Part shown: positions 1-9,315 of the stretch, in pieces | Numbering within the stretch: position 1 is the stretch's first letter | How the letters are laid out: every line of letters starts with the position of its first letter | Source: an uncultured delta proteobacterium | Lineage (GTDB): Bacteria > Myxococcota_A > Polyangia > Polyangiales > Houyiibacteriaceae | Direction: 5' to 3' | Assembly: GCA_963712235.1 (NCBI GenBank) | Contig: CAVQHC010000017.1 | Coordinates: forward strand, 42,754 to 106,753 | DNA: 64,000 bases | Made by a program: the position numbers and the translations under genes | The notes under the pieces: model-generated | Seen by the model: only the letters and a program-made list of their open reading frames with translations | What the model was told of the DNA's origin: nothing | Database searches by the model: none

Positions 1-737
1 TCCCCGGGAAAGTGAAGCTCGGCTCGGTCGGCCGCGCCCTGAGCATCGTCGAAGACCGCATCGCCGACGACGGAGAGATCCTCGTCCGCGGCAAATGCGT
101 GTTCCAGGGCTACTACAAAAACCCGCAGGCAACCGCGGAAACCGTCATCGACGGCTGGCTCTACACCGGCGACGTCGGCAAAAAAGACGAAGACGGCTGC
201 GTCTACATCCTCGATCGCAAAAAGCACATCATCATCACCGCCGGCGGCAAGAACCTCACGCCGGCCAACATCGAGAACGAAATCAAAGCGTCCGACCCGA
301 TGATCAGCCAAGCCCACGCGCACGGCGACAAGCGAAAGTACCTGGTCGCTCTGGTCACCATCGGCGCTGGCGAAGCCGTCGACTGGGCCCGCCAACAGGG
401 CAGCATCGACGGCGCCACCGCCGACAAGCACATCAAGGCCCTGACCGAGAACCCGCTCGGCCGCTCCAAAGAGCTCCAGGCGCTGCTTGCCCAGGTCGCG
501 CAGGATGCCGACGTTCAGAAACGCGTCGTCGCCTCGGTAAAGAGGGCCAACGAAACCCTGTCGCGGGTCGAGACGATCAAGAAGGTCTACGTCCTCGACC
601 GCGAGTTCAGCGTCGAGGAAGACGAGCTCACCCCGACCCTCAAGCTCAAGCGCAAAAACGTCGAGGCGAAATTCCAACAAACCTTCGATCGGCTCTACGA
701 AGACGAAGCGTTTGGCTTGGTGGTCGTGTCGGCCTAG
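1..737 (+). CDS. Long-chain fatty-acid--CoA ligase (AMP-forming), C-terminal fragment; 5' end outside window
   Basis: Frame of ORF 12..737 is open to the window edge. ITAGGKNLTPANIENEIK and ELTPTLKLKRKNV signatures are shared with the full-length paralogs at 31139..32968 and 35488..37275. Confidence 0.8.
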   Translation, partial: PGKVKLGSVGRALSIVEDRIADDGEILVRGKCVFQGYYKNPQATAETVIDGWLYTGDVGKKDEDGCVYILDRKKHIIITAGGKNLTPANIENEIKASDPMISQAHAHGDKRKYLVALVTIGAGEAVDWARQQGSIDGATADKHIKALTENPLGRSKELQALLAQVAQDADVQKRVVASVKRANETLSRVETIKKVYVLDREFSVEEDELTPTLKLKRKNVEAKFQQTFDRLYEDEAFGLVVVSA

Positions 738-749
738 GCTTGGGCTTCG

Positions 750-1443
750 ATGCGTCTTACTCTTGGCTGCCTCGTCGTGATGCTGCTTGCATCACCTGCG
801 CTCGCGTTCGAAGGCGTGATGGAAGCCAGCCTGTCGAGCGAGCAAGGCGTCGCTGCCCGAGTCCGCGCCCGGTACTCGAAGCAAGGAGATGTTCGCATGG
901 ACATTCAGTCCGTCGGACGAGAACGGCGAACGGGTGGAGGCCACGACCCTCATGCCATCCAAGGGCGAGAGCTACTTCTCGATCGACCACGGGCAGAAAG
1001 TCATCGTCGAGATGCCTTACTCGACGCTCGCCACGGCCAGCAAACAGGTCACCGGCTCGGGCGAAAGCGCCAACCTCCAGATCAAAAAGCTCGGCAAAGC
1101 TACGGTCAGCGGTGTGCAGACCCGCCACATCCGTGTGATCGACAAAGACAACCGCACCGTCATCGACCTCTGGCTCACACAGAAATACCCGGCCGACCTC
1201 TGGACTCGTGCGTTCCGGGGCCGGAATCTCGGCCTCGAGCTGTCCGACGACGAGCGCAGCAAGGCGATGAAGAAGTACGGGGTGAAGCCCGGTTTTTCGA
1301 TGAAGATGCGCGTGGAGCAGGCAGGCGGCGTCCCCGTGGTCTTTGTGGTGAACAAGGTCCAGCGCGCGCCCATGCCGCCAGAGGTCTTTGCACTTCCCGA
1401 GGGGTACCAGCGCTTGGAACGACCATCGGACCCGCAGCCTTGA
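750..1443 (+). pseudogene. DUF4412-like secreted protein, reading frame interrupted near 900-915
   Basis: Signal peptide MRLTLGCLVVMLLASPALA and ...KQGDVRMDIQS lie in the frame of ORF 750. The plausible remainder (SDENGERVEATTLMPSKGESYFSIDHGQK...) continues in the +1 frame (ORF 889..1443), while the original frame turns Arg-rich. Confidence 0.55.
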
Positions 1444-1512
1444 CGGTTCGGGGCGACCTTGCGATATAGAGCGCGATTAGACGGCGGTGCAGGGGCGCCG
1501 AGAGGAGATTCT

Positions 1513-2529
1513 ATGACCAAGCAAGTGCTATCGCGCGCGTTGATTCTGATGTCCGCGCTGCTCGTATTGAACGGATGCAAGTCCGACACTGCAAATGACG
1601 CGAAGGAGGCCGGCCCGGTACTCGTGCTCGACGCCGGCGCAGAGCCGCGTGAGACGCTTCGCTACAAGATCGAGCACGGGACGACCACGACGGCGACCAT
1701 GGACTTCGGGCTCGCCTCGATGGCCACCTCGCGGCGCGGCTCGGCGCTCTCGGTTACGCCCGGCGTGCGGCTCTACATCGTTTCGGGCCCCTCGATGCAG
1801 GGGAAGCGCGGCAGCACCCGATTCGACGTTCGCATCGTCAAGGCCGAAGCCATCGTCCCGACCGGTCTCGATCCCACGCTCGCAAAGGACCTCAACAAGA
1901 GCGCCTCGGTGCTCAACAACGTCGGCGGCTGGGTCGAGGTCGATGACCGGGGCATCATCCAGCGCACCGAGCTCAACGACGCCGCCAAGCGCTCCGACGT
2001 TCCGGTGCGGCTGCTGGTGATGATCATCAACGCGCGCACCTCGCTCGCCCGCGTGCTGCTCCCTGCCGAGCCCGTCGGTGTCGGCGCGCGCTGGGAAGCC
2101 CGCAAGGACCTCGTGCTCTACGGCTTCAAGGTCAACCAGGTCGACACCTACACGCTTGCCGAAAAAGTCGGCGACGAGCTGAAGCTCGACGTGCAGGTTC
2201 AGCAGTCCGCCGTTCCGCAGACCATCACCTTCGAAGAAGAAGGGGTCGAGCTCACCGTCAAGTCGTTCAAGATGAACGCAAGCGGCGAAGTCATCGCCAA
2301 CCTCAATGCACTCGAAGCCAATGCCTCTGCGAGCGGCGACTCGACCGGCATGCTGAGCGTGAAGACGGTGGATGACACCGAAGACATCGAAATCGATCGC
2401 GCCTTCCAGGTTCGGATGACCGTGAAGTACGATCTCGCCACGGCCGCCGCAGATACGGCCGTCGAAAAGGCCCAAGGCGCCGAAAAGGCGGCAAAGAAGG
2501 CCGGCAAGAAGCTCGAAGCTCAGGAGTAG
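1513..2529 (+). CDS. Hypothetical lipoprotein
   Basis: GAGAGGAG RBS just upstream of ATG 1513. MTKQVLSRALILMSALLVLNGC lipobox. Long ORF with coding-like composition and no catalytic motif recognised. Confidence 0.6.
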   Translation: MTKQVLSRALILMSALLVLNGCKSDTANDAKEAGPVLVLDAGAEPRETLRYKIEHGTTTTATMDFGLASMATSRRGSALSVTPGVRLYIVSGPSMQGKRGSTRFDVRIVKAEAIVPTGLDPTLAKDLNKSASVLNNVGGWVEVDDRGIIQRTELNDAAKRSDVPVRLLVMIINARTSLARVLLPAEPVGVGARWEARKDLVLYGFKVNQVDTYTLAEKVGDELKLDVQVQQSAVPQTITFEEEGVELTVKSFKMNASGEVIANLNALEANASASGDSTGMLSVKTVDDTEDIEIDRAFQVRMTVKYDLATAAADTAVEKAQGAEKAAKKAGKKLEAQE

Positions 2530-4724
2530 AGCGACCCGGGCCAGAGCGTCGCCACGACGGCACGTTGGGCTCGCTCCTGCTTCCAGTATTCGGATTCGGG
2601 GTCGAGCGCGACGCTGCCGTCGATGAAGGTTTGGAGCGTGGCCTCGACCCCACGCGCAAACTCGGCGTCCTGCACCACGATGTTGGCCTCGCTCTCCCAG
2701 AAGCTGGCGGTCGCATCGAGGTTTGCCGAGCCGATGCTGGTCACCAGGCCATCGACCGAGACCAGCTTGGCGTGCACGTACGGCCGGATGCGGCCTCCGC
2801 GCGAGACGATCATCGGAGACGGCGGCGGCACGAACTCGTAGATCTCGACACCCGCCTGGAGCAAAGGCTCGAGCTTTGCTTTGACCATGTACTCGAACAG
2901 CGTGCGGTGCATGGGCGCCGGGAAGAAGGTCCCGTCATCGCGCCGGGCTGCCGCATTGCCGGTCAGCAGCTTCACGCTCACGTCTTTGGCCAAGAGACGA
3001 TAGATCGCGCGCTCGAGCGCCGGGACGATCGGATAGTCGTTGACGATGTACACATGGTCCTCGGCCACGTCGAACATCGACTCGTACATCGCCAGGCCGT
3101 TGGTATCGGCAAGACCTCGGTGCACCACCAGACGCCCCGAGGCCGAGCCCGCGCGCTTGAGCTCGGGCATCGTGTCGCGGTCGTTCGGAATCTCGGCGCC
3201 GCCCTGTCGGTGCCAGGTGCCGGTGAAGGTCTCCTGAACCATCCGCACCAAGGGCCCACTGACTTCGACATGCGCATCGAGCCAGGGAATGCGCTCGTGG
3301 CGGGTGTTGTCGTGCACCGGAACTTCGCTGAACCCCATGTAGTACTCGTCGCTCGCGTTGCGGCCGGACACGAAGGCGCGGCGGCCGTCGATGATGACGA
3401 GCTTGCGATGGTCTCGCTTCTTGAGCCGAGAAACGTCCATCTGCTTGCGAGATCCGATCGGGCTGACCGCCAGAACCTCGATGTTTTCTTCTTCCTTGAG
3501 AGACAAGATCGACGGGTTGAGGCGCCCGAGCACCTCCTCGTCGGAGTAGAGCGCGTCGACCATGAACCGGACCTTCACGCCTGCGCGCGCCCGCTGAATC
3601 AGCCTGACGATCATGTGCTCGGTGAAGTCGCTCGGCTGAACCATGTAGAACTGAATGTGAATCGTCGATTGGGCCTCATCGAAGGCAGCCAGCAAGCGCC
3701 GCCTCGCTTCGCCGTTGTCGAGCTCGGCGTGGAACGAGTTGCCAAGAACCAGCTTGGAGTCGGTGGTTTGATCGAGGCGCCAGTCCAGCGGATTGCTCTT
3801 CGCCCTGTCTTCGAGCAGCTTCGCCGCCCGTTCCATCTCGACCGTAAACACACCCGCGAGCGCTCGCCTGAGCGCGGTCGCCGGCGTCATGACGCTCACC
3901 TGCTTGGCAAGGCTTTCGTCGGCGCGCTCCACCCTCTCGGTCAGAATGGTGGTCACCGGCACGCCTTTGGCGCGCAGCCGGCGAATCGCCGTCGACGCGA
4001 ACATCTCGACGAAATCGATTCCCAGGCTTCGCAGCTCCTCCTCTTCGGCCGAATAGACGAGGATCGCTCCAGGCGGCAGCCGCTGGGTGACGAGCGCATC
4101 ATGGATCAGGGGGTCGCGGTTCTTCACGTGAATGTCGAAGTAGACGAGCTCGAAGCCCTCGTCGATGAGCGCGCGGAGCGCTTCGATCGGTGAAACCGGC
4201 GGGATCGGTTGATCGGGACGGCCGGGGAGCACGAGCGCCGCATCCACCAGCACGACCGGCCGGCCGCTGGCAACTTGCAGCAAACGGTGGCCGGACAGCT
4301 CGGTGACGACTTCCCCCCGGTCATTGCAAACGGCAACGCGAACACGATGGAGGCCGGGCCCGGGCGCGTCGATCAGCGCGCGCACTTCGCCCGCAACCTC
4401 GATCGCTGCCTCCGCAGCGACCGCGTCATCGACGTAGAACCGCGCGACCGTGCCGAGCTTGGAGGAAACACCCAAGGTCGCCGAGAGCTCGACCGGCTCT
4501 CCTGGGCTGGTGACCTCGTCGCGCTGCACCCCGCCGATGATTCGTCGAAGCCCGGGGTTCCGACCCCATCGTTCCATCGTCGAGCCGAGCGAAGAGGCCG
4601 CTGCCTCGAGCATCGAAGGCGACTGGTCGCTCGTAGCGAAGCGCTTGTCGACCTCTTCGGCGATCGTCGTAGCGATTCGCCGGATTCGTTCCGCCAGATC
4701 CTCGGGTGGCCTCGGTTCGCTCAC
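2520..4724 (-). CDS. Phospholipase D / cardiolipin-synthase-like protein with a large N-terminal domain of unknown function
   Basis: Two HKD motifs: HRKLVIIDGRRAFVSGRN and HAKLVSVDGLVTSIGSAN. Start set at in-frame GTG 4724, just downstream of the hpt stop; the track ORF extends to 4832 but would overlap hpt. Confidence 0.75.
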   Translation of the reverse strand: MSEPRPPEDLAERIRRIATTIAEEVDKRFATSDQSPSMLEAAASSLGSTMERWGRNPGLRRIIGGVQRDEVTSPGEPVELSATLGVSSKLGTVARFYVDDAVAAEAAIEVAGEVRALIDAPGPGLHRVRVAVCNDRGEVVTELSGHRLLQVASGRPVVLVDAALVLPGRPDQPIPPVSPIEALRALIDEGFELVYFDIHVKNRDPLIHDALVTQRLPPGAILVYSAEEEELRSLGIDFVEMFASTAIRRLRAKGVPVTTILTERVERADESLAKQVSVMTPATALRRALAGVFTVEMERAAKLLEDRAKSNPLDWRLDQTTDSKLVLGNSFHAELDNGEARRRLLAAFDEAQSTIHIQFYMVQPSDFTEHMIVRLIQRARAGVKVRFMVDALYSDEEVLGRLNPSILSLKEEENIEVLAVSPIGSRKQMDVSRLKKRDHRKLVIIDGRRAFVSGRNASDEYYMGFSEVPVHDNTRHERIPWLDAHVEVSGPLVRMVQETFTGTWHRQGGAEIPNDRDTMPELKRAGSASGRLVVHRGLADTNGLAMYESMFDVAEDHVYIVNDYPIVPALERAIYRLLAKDVSVKLLTGNAAARRDDGTFFPAPMHRTLFEYMVKAKLEPLLQAGVEIYEFVPPPSPMIVSRGGRIRPYVHAKLVSVDGLVTSIGSANLDATASFWESEANIVVQDAEFARGVEATLQTFIDGSVALDPESEYWKQERAQRAVVATLWPGSLYS

Positions 4725-4743
4725 GGCGTCCAGTATACGCCGC

Positions 4744-5268
4744 TTAGGCCTCGTCGTCGGTGACCACTGCCAGGTAGGGCAGATTCCTGAACTTCTGAGC
4801 GAAGTCGAGACCGTAGCCGACGATGAAGACATCTTCGACCGTGAACCCGAGATAGTCGATTTGGACCGGTACGCGTGTGCGCGCAGGTTTGTGAAGCAAG
4901 GACGCGACCTTGAGCGACGCCGGCTGGCGGGTCGTCAGATTCTGGTGGAGATAGGCGACGGTGAGCCCGGTGTCGACGATGTCCTCGACCAGGATCACGT
5001 GTTTGCCCTCGATCGAGTGGCTCAAGTCGGCGGTGATCTGCACCACGCCGCTGCTCTCCTGCTCATTGCCGTAGCTGCGGACGGCGAGAAAGTCGATGGC
5101 GACATCGAGGTCGATCTGGCGCACCAAGTCGGCGGCGAACATGTAGCTCCCTTTGAGCACCGGGACGACGACCAGGTCCTGGCCCCGATAGTCCTCGGTG
5201 ATCGCCCTGCCCAACTCGGCGACGCGCCGGGCAATCGTCCCAGCGTCGATCAGTGGCTTCGTCGGCAT
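4744..5268 (-). CDS. hpt: Hypoxanthine phosphoribosyltransferase
   Basis: [16 protein letters not shown]... start. PRPP-binding motif [14 protein letters not shown]. Length of about 174 aa is typical. Confidence 0.9.
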   Translation of the reverse strand: MPTKPLIDAGTIARRVAELGRAITEDYRGQDLVVVPVLKGSYMFAADLVRQIDLDVAIDFLAVRSYGNEQESSGVVQITADLSHSIEGKHVILVEDIVDTGLTVAYLHQNLTTRQPASLKVASLLHKPARTRVPVQIDYLGFTVEDVFIVGYGLDFAQKFRNLPYLAVVTDDEA

Positions 5269-5278
5269 TGAAACCTGC

Positions 5279-5596
5279 TCAGTTCGCGGAGAATACGATC
5301 GGAAATTTCGCCGGCCCGCCTTCGGAAGAGGCCGGAAAACGCCAACGGCGCACGGAGGCTTCGATGCACTCGGCGAGCCCACCGGGGCCATTCCCGTCGG
5401 CGTTCACCTCTTTGACTCGGCCGGAGGCCGCGACCGTCACGCTCACGTCGAGGCGAACCGACTGCGGCGACTGCTGACCACGAATCGCGCGCTCGTAGCA
5501 GCGCTGCAGGCGCGGCTTGTTGGTCGTCACGGTCGCCCGAACTCCATCGCCGTCGAGCGGCGGCTTCACGCTTTGGCTGTTGGCCGATTCCTTCAC
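5279..5596 (-). CDS. TonB-C / AgmX-PglI-type C-terminal domain ORF, probably the displaced C-terminus of the upstream gene
   Basis: [11 protein letters not shown]...[18 protein letters not shown]...[12 protein letters not shown] fits the TonB-C-like fold pattern. It has no signal peptide or TM segment of its own and is separated from the stop of ORF 5637..7190 by a frame change. Confidence 0.5.
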   Translation of the reverse strand: MKESANSQSVKPPLDGDGVRATVTTNKPRLQRCYERAIRGQQSPQSVRLDVSVTVAASGRVKEVNADGNGPGGLAECIEASVRRWRFPASSEGGPAKFPIVFSAN

Positions 5597-5636
5597 GGCG
5601 ATTTTGGCAGGAGCGGCATCCGCACCCGAACCAAAG

Positions 5637-7148
5637 TCATCGATGATTCTTCTGCTCCGCCGCGCTCAAGGAACCTTCGTCCGGGGTCTCCTCCACCGGC
5701 TGCGCGCGAGCCCTTCGGCGCTTCTTCGGCGTGGGCTTCGGGGCGGGCGCCATCGTCGGCCCGTTGTCGGCCGGGTTGGGCGGTTCGAACACGAGCTTGG
5801 CCGGCTGGGTCTGCTTTTCGGGCGGGTTCGCCGGCTGCGCGCGTGCCGCATCTGCGCCATCGTCGGCTGCAACCTTCGCTGACGCATCGGCGACCGCAGC
5901 GGTCGACTCGTTCGCCTCGCCTGGTTCGAGATCCGCAGCGACGTTCGCCTCCGCGGACGCTTCGCCCGCAGGCTTCTCCACTGCGTCGACGACGTCGGGC
6001 GCCTTTGCTTCGGCTTGCGCCTTAGACTTCTCTACGCGTCGGTTTGGCTCAGCCAATTCGGAATCGCGATTCTCGAGCCAGTCGGTCAGCACCGAATCGC
6101 CAAAACGCTCGTAGGCCAGAAACGAGGAGACGCCCGCCAAGACGATCACGGCGAAAATCAAAAAGAGCACGCCGAGCGAGAGTCCGCGACGCGGCTCCAC
6201 ACTTGCCGCAGCAGCCGCCGGCGGCACCGAAGGCACCGAAACCGCTTCGCCTGCGGCGGCCGGAAGCCCGGAAAACGAGCCCAATGGAGCCGATGACTCG
6301 AAAATCCCGGGCGGCCCAATCGGTGCAGGCGGCTGCGACATCTCCCGAAGCCCGCGGGGTGCGTCTTCGTCGGGCGCGAGTGAATCGGCCAGCGGAACGA
6401 AATCGTGGGGCACACCCGCCGCGTCGAAACCAGCCATCGGCGCCGACACCACGGTGGGCTCCGACGGAGCGTGGATCGAGGTCCGCGAGTCGACGAAGGG
6501 CGGCATCGATGAAAACGAAGTTCGCGACGGAGGACCGGAATGCCGGCGCTCGTGCAACAGGTGCATGAGCTCCGGAACGGTGGCAAGCGGACGCCACTCG
6601 TCGAGGCCCTCGCGCCAAACCAGTGAGTACTCACTCACTGCACCGGCGTCGATCTTGTGACCAAGCTCTTCGAGTCGAACCGGCCCGACCGGCACGTCGT
6701 TGATCGAGACGTGCCAGTGCGGCACCTCGCCCCTCACGACAATCGGCGGACCCGACGGCGTATGCGGCAGCGCGGGCGCCAAACCTGGGTGCTGGCCGAC
6801 CAGCGCACTGCTCGCAGCCGCTGGAATCGAAGACACCCTGCGTGCGGCCGCGGACGGACGGCGCGGCGGAACCGATGACGAACGCCGCCGAACCGGCGAC
6901 GACGGACGACGCGCGCGCGCGGTTGGTGCTTCGTGCGTGAAGGGCGCCGTACCCTCTGGCCTGCTTCGCCTGACCTCCTCGAACCCGTACGCCGACCCCG
7001 CAGGAACCGTCATGTCCGGATCGCCCGCGCGACCGTCGACCAAGATCTTGTGATCGCACTTCCGACAAGGGAAGCGCACGACGCGACCGCGAACCTTCTG
7101 GTCCGCGATCTTGTACTTGGCGTGGCAGCTATCGCACTCGAATCTCAT
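5637..7148 (-). CDS. Zinc-ribbon + GYF-domain membrane protein (GltJ/AgmX-like), N-terminal and TM part
   Basis: MRFECDSCHAKYKI...FPCRKCDHKI (CxxC..CxxC). GYF-like WHVSINDVPVGPVRLEELG...WREGLDEWRPL. Pro-rich spacer, TM helix GVLFLIFAVIVLAGVSSFLAY, then an A/E/P-rich tail. Confidence 0.7.
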   Translation of the reverse strand: MRFECDSCHAKYKIADQKVRGRVVRFPCRKCDHKILVDGRAGDPDMTVPAGSAYGFEEVRRSRPEGTAPFTHEAPTARARRPSSPVRRRSSSVPPRRPSAAARRVSSIPAAASSALVGQHPGLAPALPHTPSGPPIVVRGEVPHWHVSINDVPVGPVRLEELGHKIDAGAVSEYSLVWREGLDEWRPLATVPELMHLLHERRHSGPPSRTSFSSMPPFVDSRTSIHAPSEPTVVSAPMAGFDAAGVPHDFVPLADSLAPDEDAPRGLREMSQPPAPIGPPGIFESSAPLGSFSGLPAAAGEAVSVPSVPPAAAAASVEPRRGLSLGVLFLIFAVIVLAGVSSFLAYERFGDSVLTDWLENRDSELAEPNRRVEKSKAQAEAKAPDVVDAVEKPAGEASAEANVAADLEPGEANESTAAVADASAKVAADDGADAARAQPANPPEKQTQPAKLVFEPPNPADNGPTMAPAPKPTPKKRRRARAQPVEETPDEGSLSAAEQKNHR

Positions 7149-7254
7149 CTGTCTCGTCGTCTGTGGGCGGGCACACCCACTTGCACCCATTCCAGGGTGT
7201 CATCGAGAGAATCGTAGCGCGAATTGCGTCATGTTCCAATAGGAACGCAAAAAT

Positions 7255-7746
7255 TTACATGCCAGAAAGCACGTAATATCGGGACTGAATGTCGTCGTAG
7301 AGCAAGACCAGCCGGTTTTCGCCGATTCGACGCGACCAGCGCTGATCCTCTTCAGCGTAGGCGATGCGGAAGCTCGCGCTGTAGCGGTATGCGATGAGCA
7401 CCCGGTCCATTTCCCTGGAGATTGTGCGGTACTTGATCTCGTACCGAACGTCGGTGACCCGCTCCCGCCAGCGGCCGAGCTTCTTTTGGAGGGCCCGGTA
7501 GTCGAGGTCGTCGTCGCCCGAAGGGGTGCCGTTGTCGTCCAAGTACTGCGTGTGCGCCATGGCCAGGAGGGCCCCGACATCGCGGGCTTCGACCGCATTT
7601 CGGTAGTTCTCCATGAAGGTGATGACGGAGCGGTTCTCCGGCGTGTCCTTCACGGTGGTGTTGGGGATGTTCTTCGTGCAGCCCACGGCCGCGAAAAGCG
7701 CCGCACAAAACGCTACGGCGGTTAAAGGTCTACGCATACAGCACAT
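7255..7746 (-). CDS. Hypothetical lipoprotein
   Basis: MCCMRRPLTAVAFCAALFAAVGC lipobox. GAGGAG upstream of ATG 7746. Lies directly downstream of the response-regulator gene on the same strand. Confidence 0.6.
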   Translation of the reverse strand: MCCMRRPLTAVAFCAALFAAVGCTKNIPNTTVKDTPENRSVITFMENYRNAVEARDVGALLAMAHTQYLDDNGTPSGDDDLDYRALQKKLGRWRERVTDVRYEIKYRTISREMDRVLIAYRYSASFRIAYAEEDQRWSRRIGENRLVLLYDDIQSRYYVLSGM

Positions 7747-7798
7747 CACAGGATCAACGCTCCTCTTTTCCGAGACATTCCCGATTATCCATCGACCG

Positions 7799-9157
7799 CT
7801 ACTGAATCCCATAATCTTTGATTTTGTAAAGTAGAGCGCGGTGGCTGATTTCGAGCAATTTGGCGGCCGCGGTTCGGTTGCCGCCGGTCTTTTCGAGTGC
7901 CCTTTGAATCAGCGTTTCCTCCATGAATCGCGCGGTTTTCTTGATGGAGAGCTCCCCGTTCGCGAGGCTCGCCGCGACCGGATCGGCCGGCTCCCGCATT
8001 CGCTCCGGCAGGTCCGCCACGGTGAGCATGTCCCCATCGGCAAGGACGACCGCCCGCTCGATGGTGTTCTCCAGCTCACGGACATTGCCCGGCCAGGGGT
8101 GGTCGAGGAGCAGCTTGCGCGTCCGCTGGTCCAGATCGCGGATCTGGGTGCCCAGCCGCCGGTTGTTGCGCTCGATGAAGTGCTCGACCAGCAACAGGAT
8201 GTCGTCGCGACGCTCGCGGAGCGGTGGGACGTTGATCTGCAGGACGTTCAGCCGGTAGTAGAGGTCTTCGCGAAAGCGTCCCTCTTGGACTTCGCGCTGG
8301 AGGTCGCGCACCGTCGCCGCGATCACACGGACGTCCACCTCTTGGTCGCGCGTCGCACCGAGCGGCCGAACGCAGCCCTCCTGCAACACGCGAAGCAACT
8401 TCACCTGGAGGCTGAGCGGCAGCTCGCCGATCTCGTCGAGGAAGAGCGTCCCCAGATGCGCCTCCGAAAAGAGGCCCTTCTTGTCGGCGTGCGCGTCGGT
8501 GAACGCGCCTTTGCTGTGACCGAACAGCTCGCTCTCGAGAAGCGTTTCGGGGATCGCGCCGCAGTTGAGCGGGATGAACGCCTTGTTCTTTCGCGAGCTG
8601 CTGTCGTGGAGGGCACGCGCGACGAGCTCCTTGCCCGTGCCGCTCTCTCCTTGAATCAGAACCGTCGTCTTGTACTCCGCCACCTTTCCGATGGTCGTGA
8701 AGACTTTCCCAATCGCCTCGCTCTTGCCGAGGATGCCGTGGACGGTCTGCTCCTTGCGCATCGCTTCTTTGAGCGCGCGGTTTTCACGTCGCAGCGATTC
8801 ACGCTCTTCGGCTTTGGCTAGGGCGAGCAAGACCTCGTCGTGCTTGAACGGTTTCGAGATGTAGTCGTAGGCACCGGCCTTCATCGCTTCGATCGCGAGG
8901 TCGACCGAGCCGTAGGCGCTCATCAAAATGACGGTCGCCAGCGACGAACGCGCCTTCAGCTCGGTGCAGAGCTCGATCCCAGTCATCCCGCTCATGCGAA
9001 CATCCGCAAGCACGAAGTCCGGGTCGAAGCGCTCGAGCTGCTCCAAAGCCATCTCGGCGCTTTCAGCCGCCTCGACCTGATAGTCGTTCTTCTTCAGCAG
9101 CGTGCGGAGCACGAGCCGGATGTTTTCTTCATCGTCGACAACCAGGACACGGCGCAT
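7799..9157 (-). CDS. Sigma-54-dependent response regulator (NtrC family)
   Basis: Receiver domain ([11 protein letters not shown]...[10 protein letters not shown]). AAA+ Walker [22 protein letters not shown] loop and ELFGH. C-terminal Fis-type [23 protein letters not shown]. Confidence 0.9.
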   Translation of the reverse strand: MRRVLVVDDEENIRLVLRTLLKKNDYQVEAAESAEMALEQLERFDPDFVLADVRMSGMTGIELCTELKARSSLATVILMSAYGSVDLAIEAMKAGAYDYISKPFKHDEVLLALAKAEERESLRRENRALKEAMRKEQTVHGILGKSEAIGKVFTTIGKVAEYKTTVLIQGESGTGKELVARALHDSSSRKNKAFIPLNCGAIPETLLESELFGHSKGAFTDAHADKKGLFSEAHLGTLFLDEIGELPLSLQVKLLRVLQEGCVRPLGATRDQEVDVRVIAATVRDLQREVQEGRFREDLYYRLNVLQINVPPLRERRDDILLLVEHFIERNNRRLGTQIRDLDQRTRKLLLDHPWPGNVRELENTIERAVVLADGDMLTVADLPERMREPADPVAASLANGELSIKKTARFMEETLIQRALEKTGGNRTAAAKLLEISHRALLYKIKDYGIQ

Positions 9158-9165
9158 GGATTTAA

Positions 9166-9231
9166 CCCTATACTTTCTGCATAGCAGAATGCGGGGTGTA
9201 GAAAAAATTTCATGATTCTGCGCGTATAGGG
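9166..9231. promoter_or_regulatory. AT-rich divergent promoter region with nested inverted repeats
   Basis: TTCTGC-ATA-GCAGAA perfect palindrome at 9175..9189, bracketed by CCCTATAC (9166..9173) and GTATAGGG (9224..9231). Lies between the divergent regulator gene and the lipoprotein gene. Confidence 0.35.
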
Positions 9232-9315
9232 CGAGGCCTGCTGTAAAGTTCTCGCTCGATTGGCTTCGAGAGGCCCAAGTGGGTATGATTTGCGTGTCGG
9301 GTAGGGGGACAAGAC

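Noticed and set aside
7191-7254. Hairpin TTGCG..TTCC-AATA-GGAA-CGCAA as the intrinsic terminator of the regulator-lipoprotein operon
   Set aside because: The stem is short and bulged, and on the transcribed (minus) strand it is not followed by a U-run. I cannot distinguish it from a chance palindrome in a slightly AT-richer spacer.
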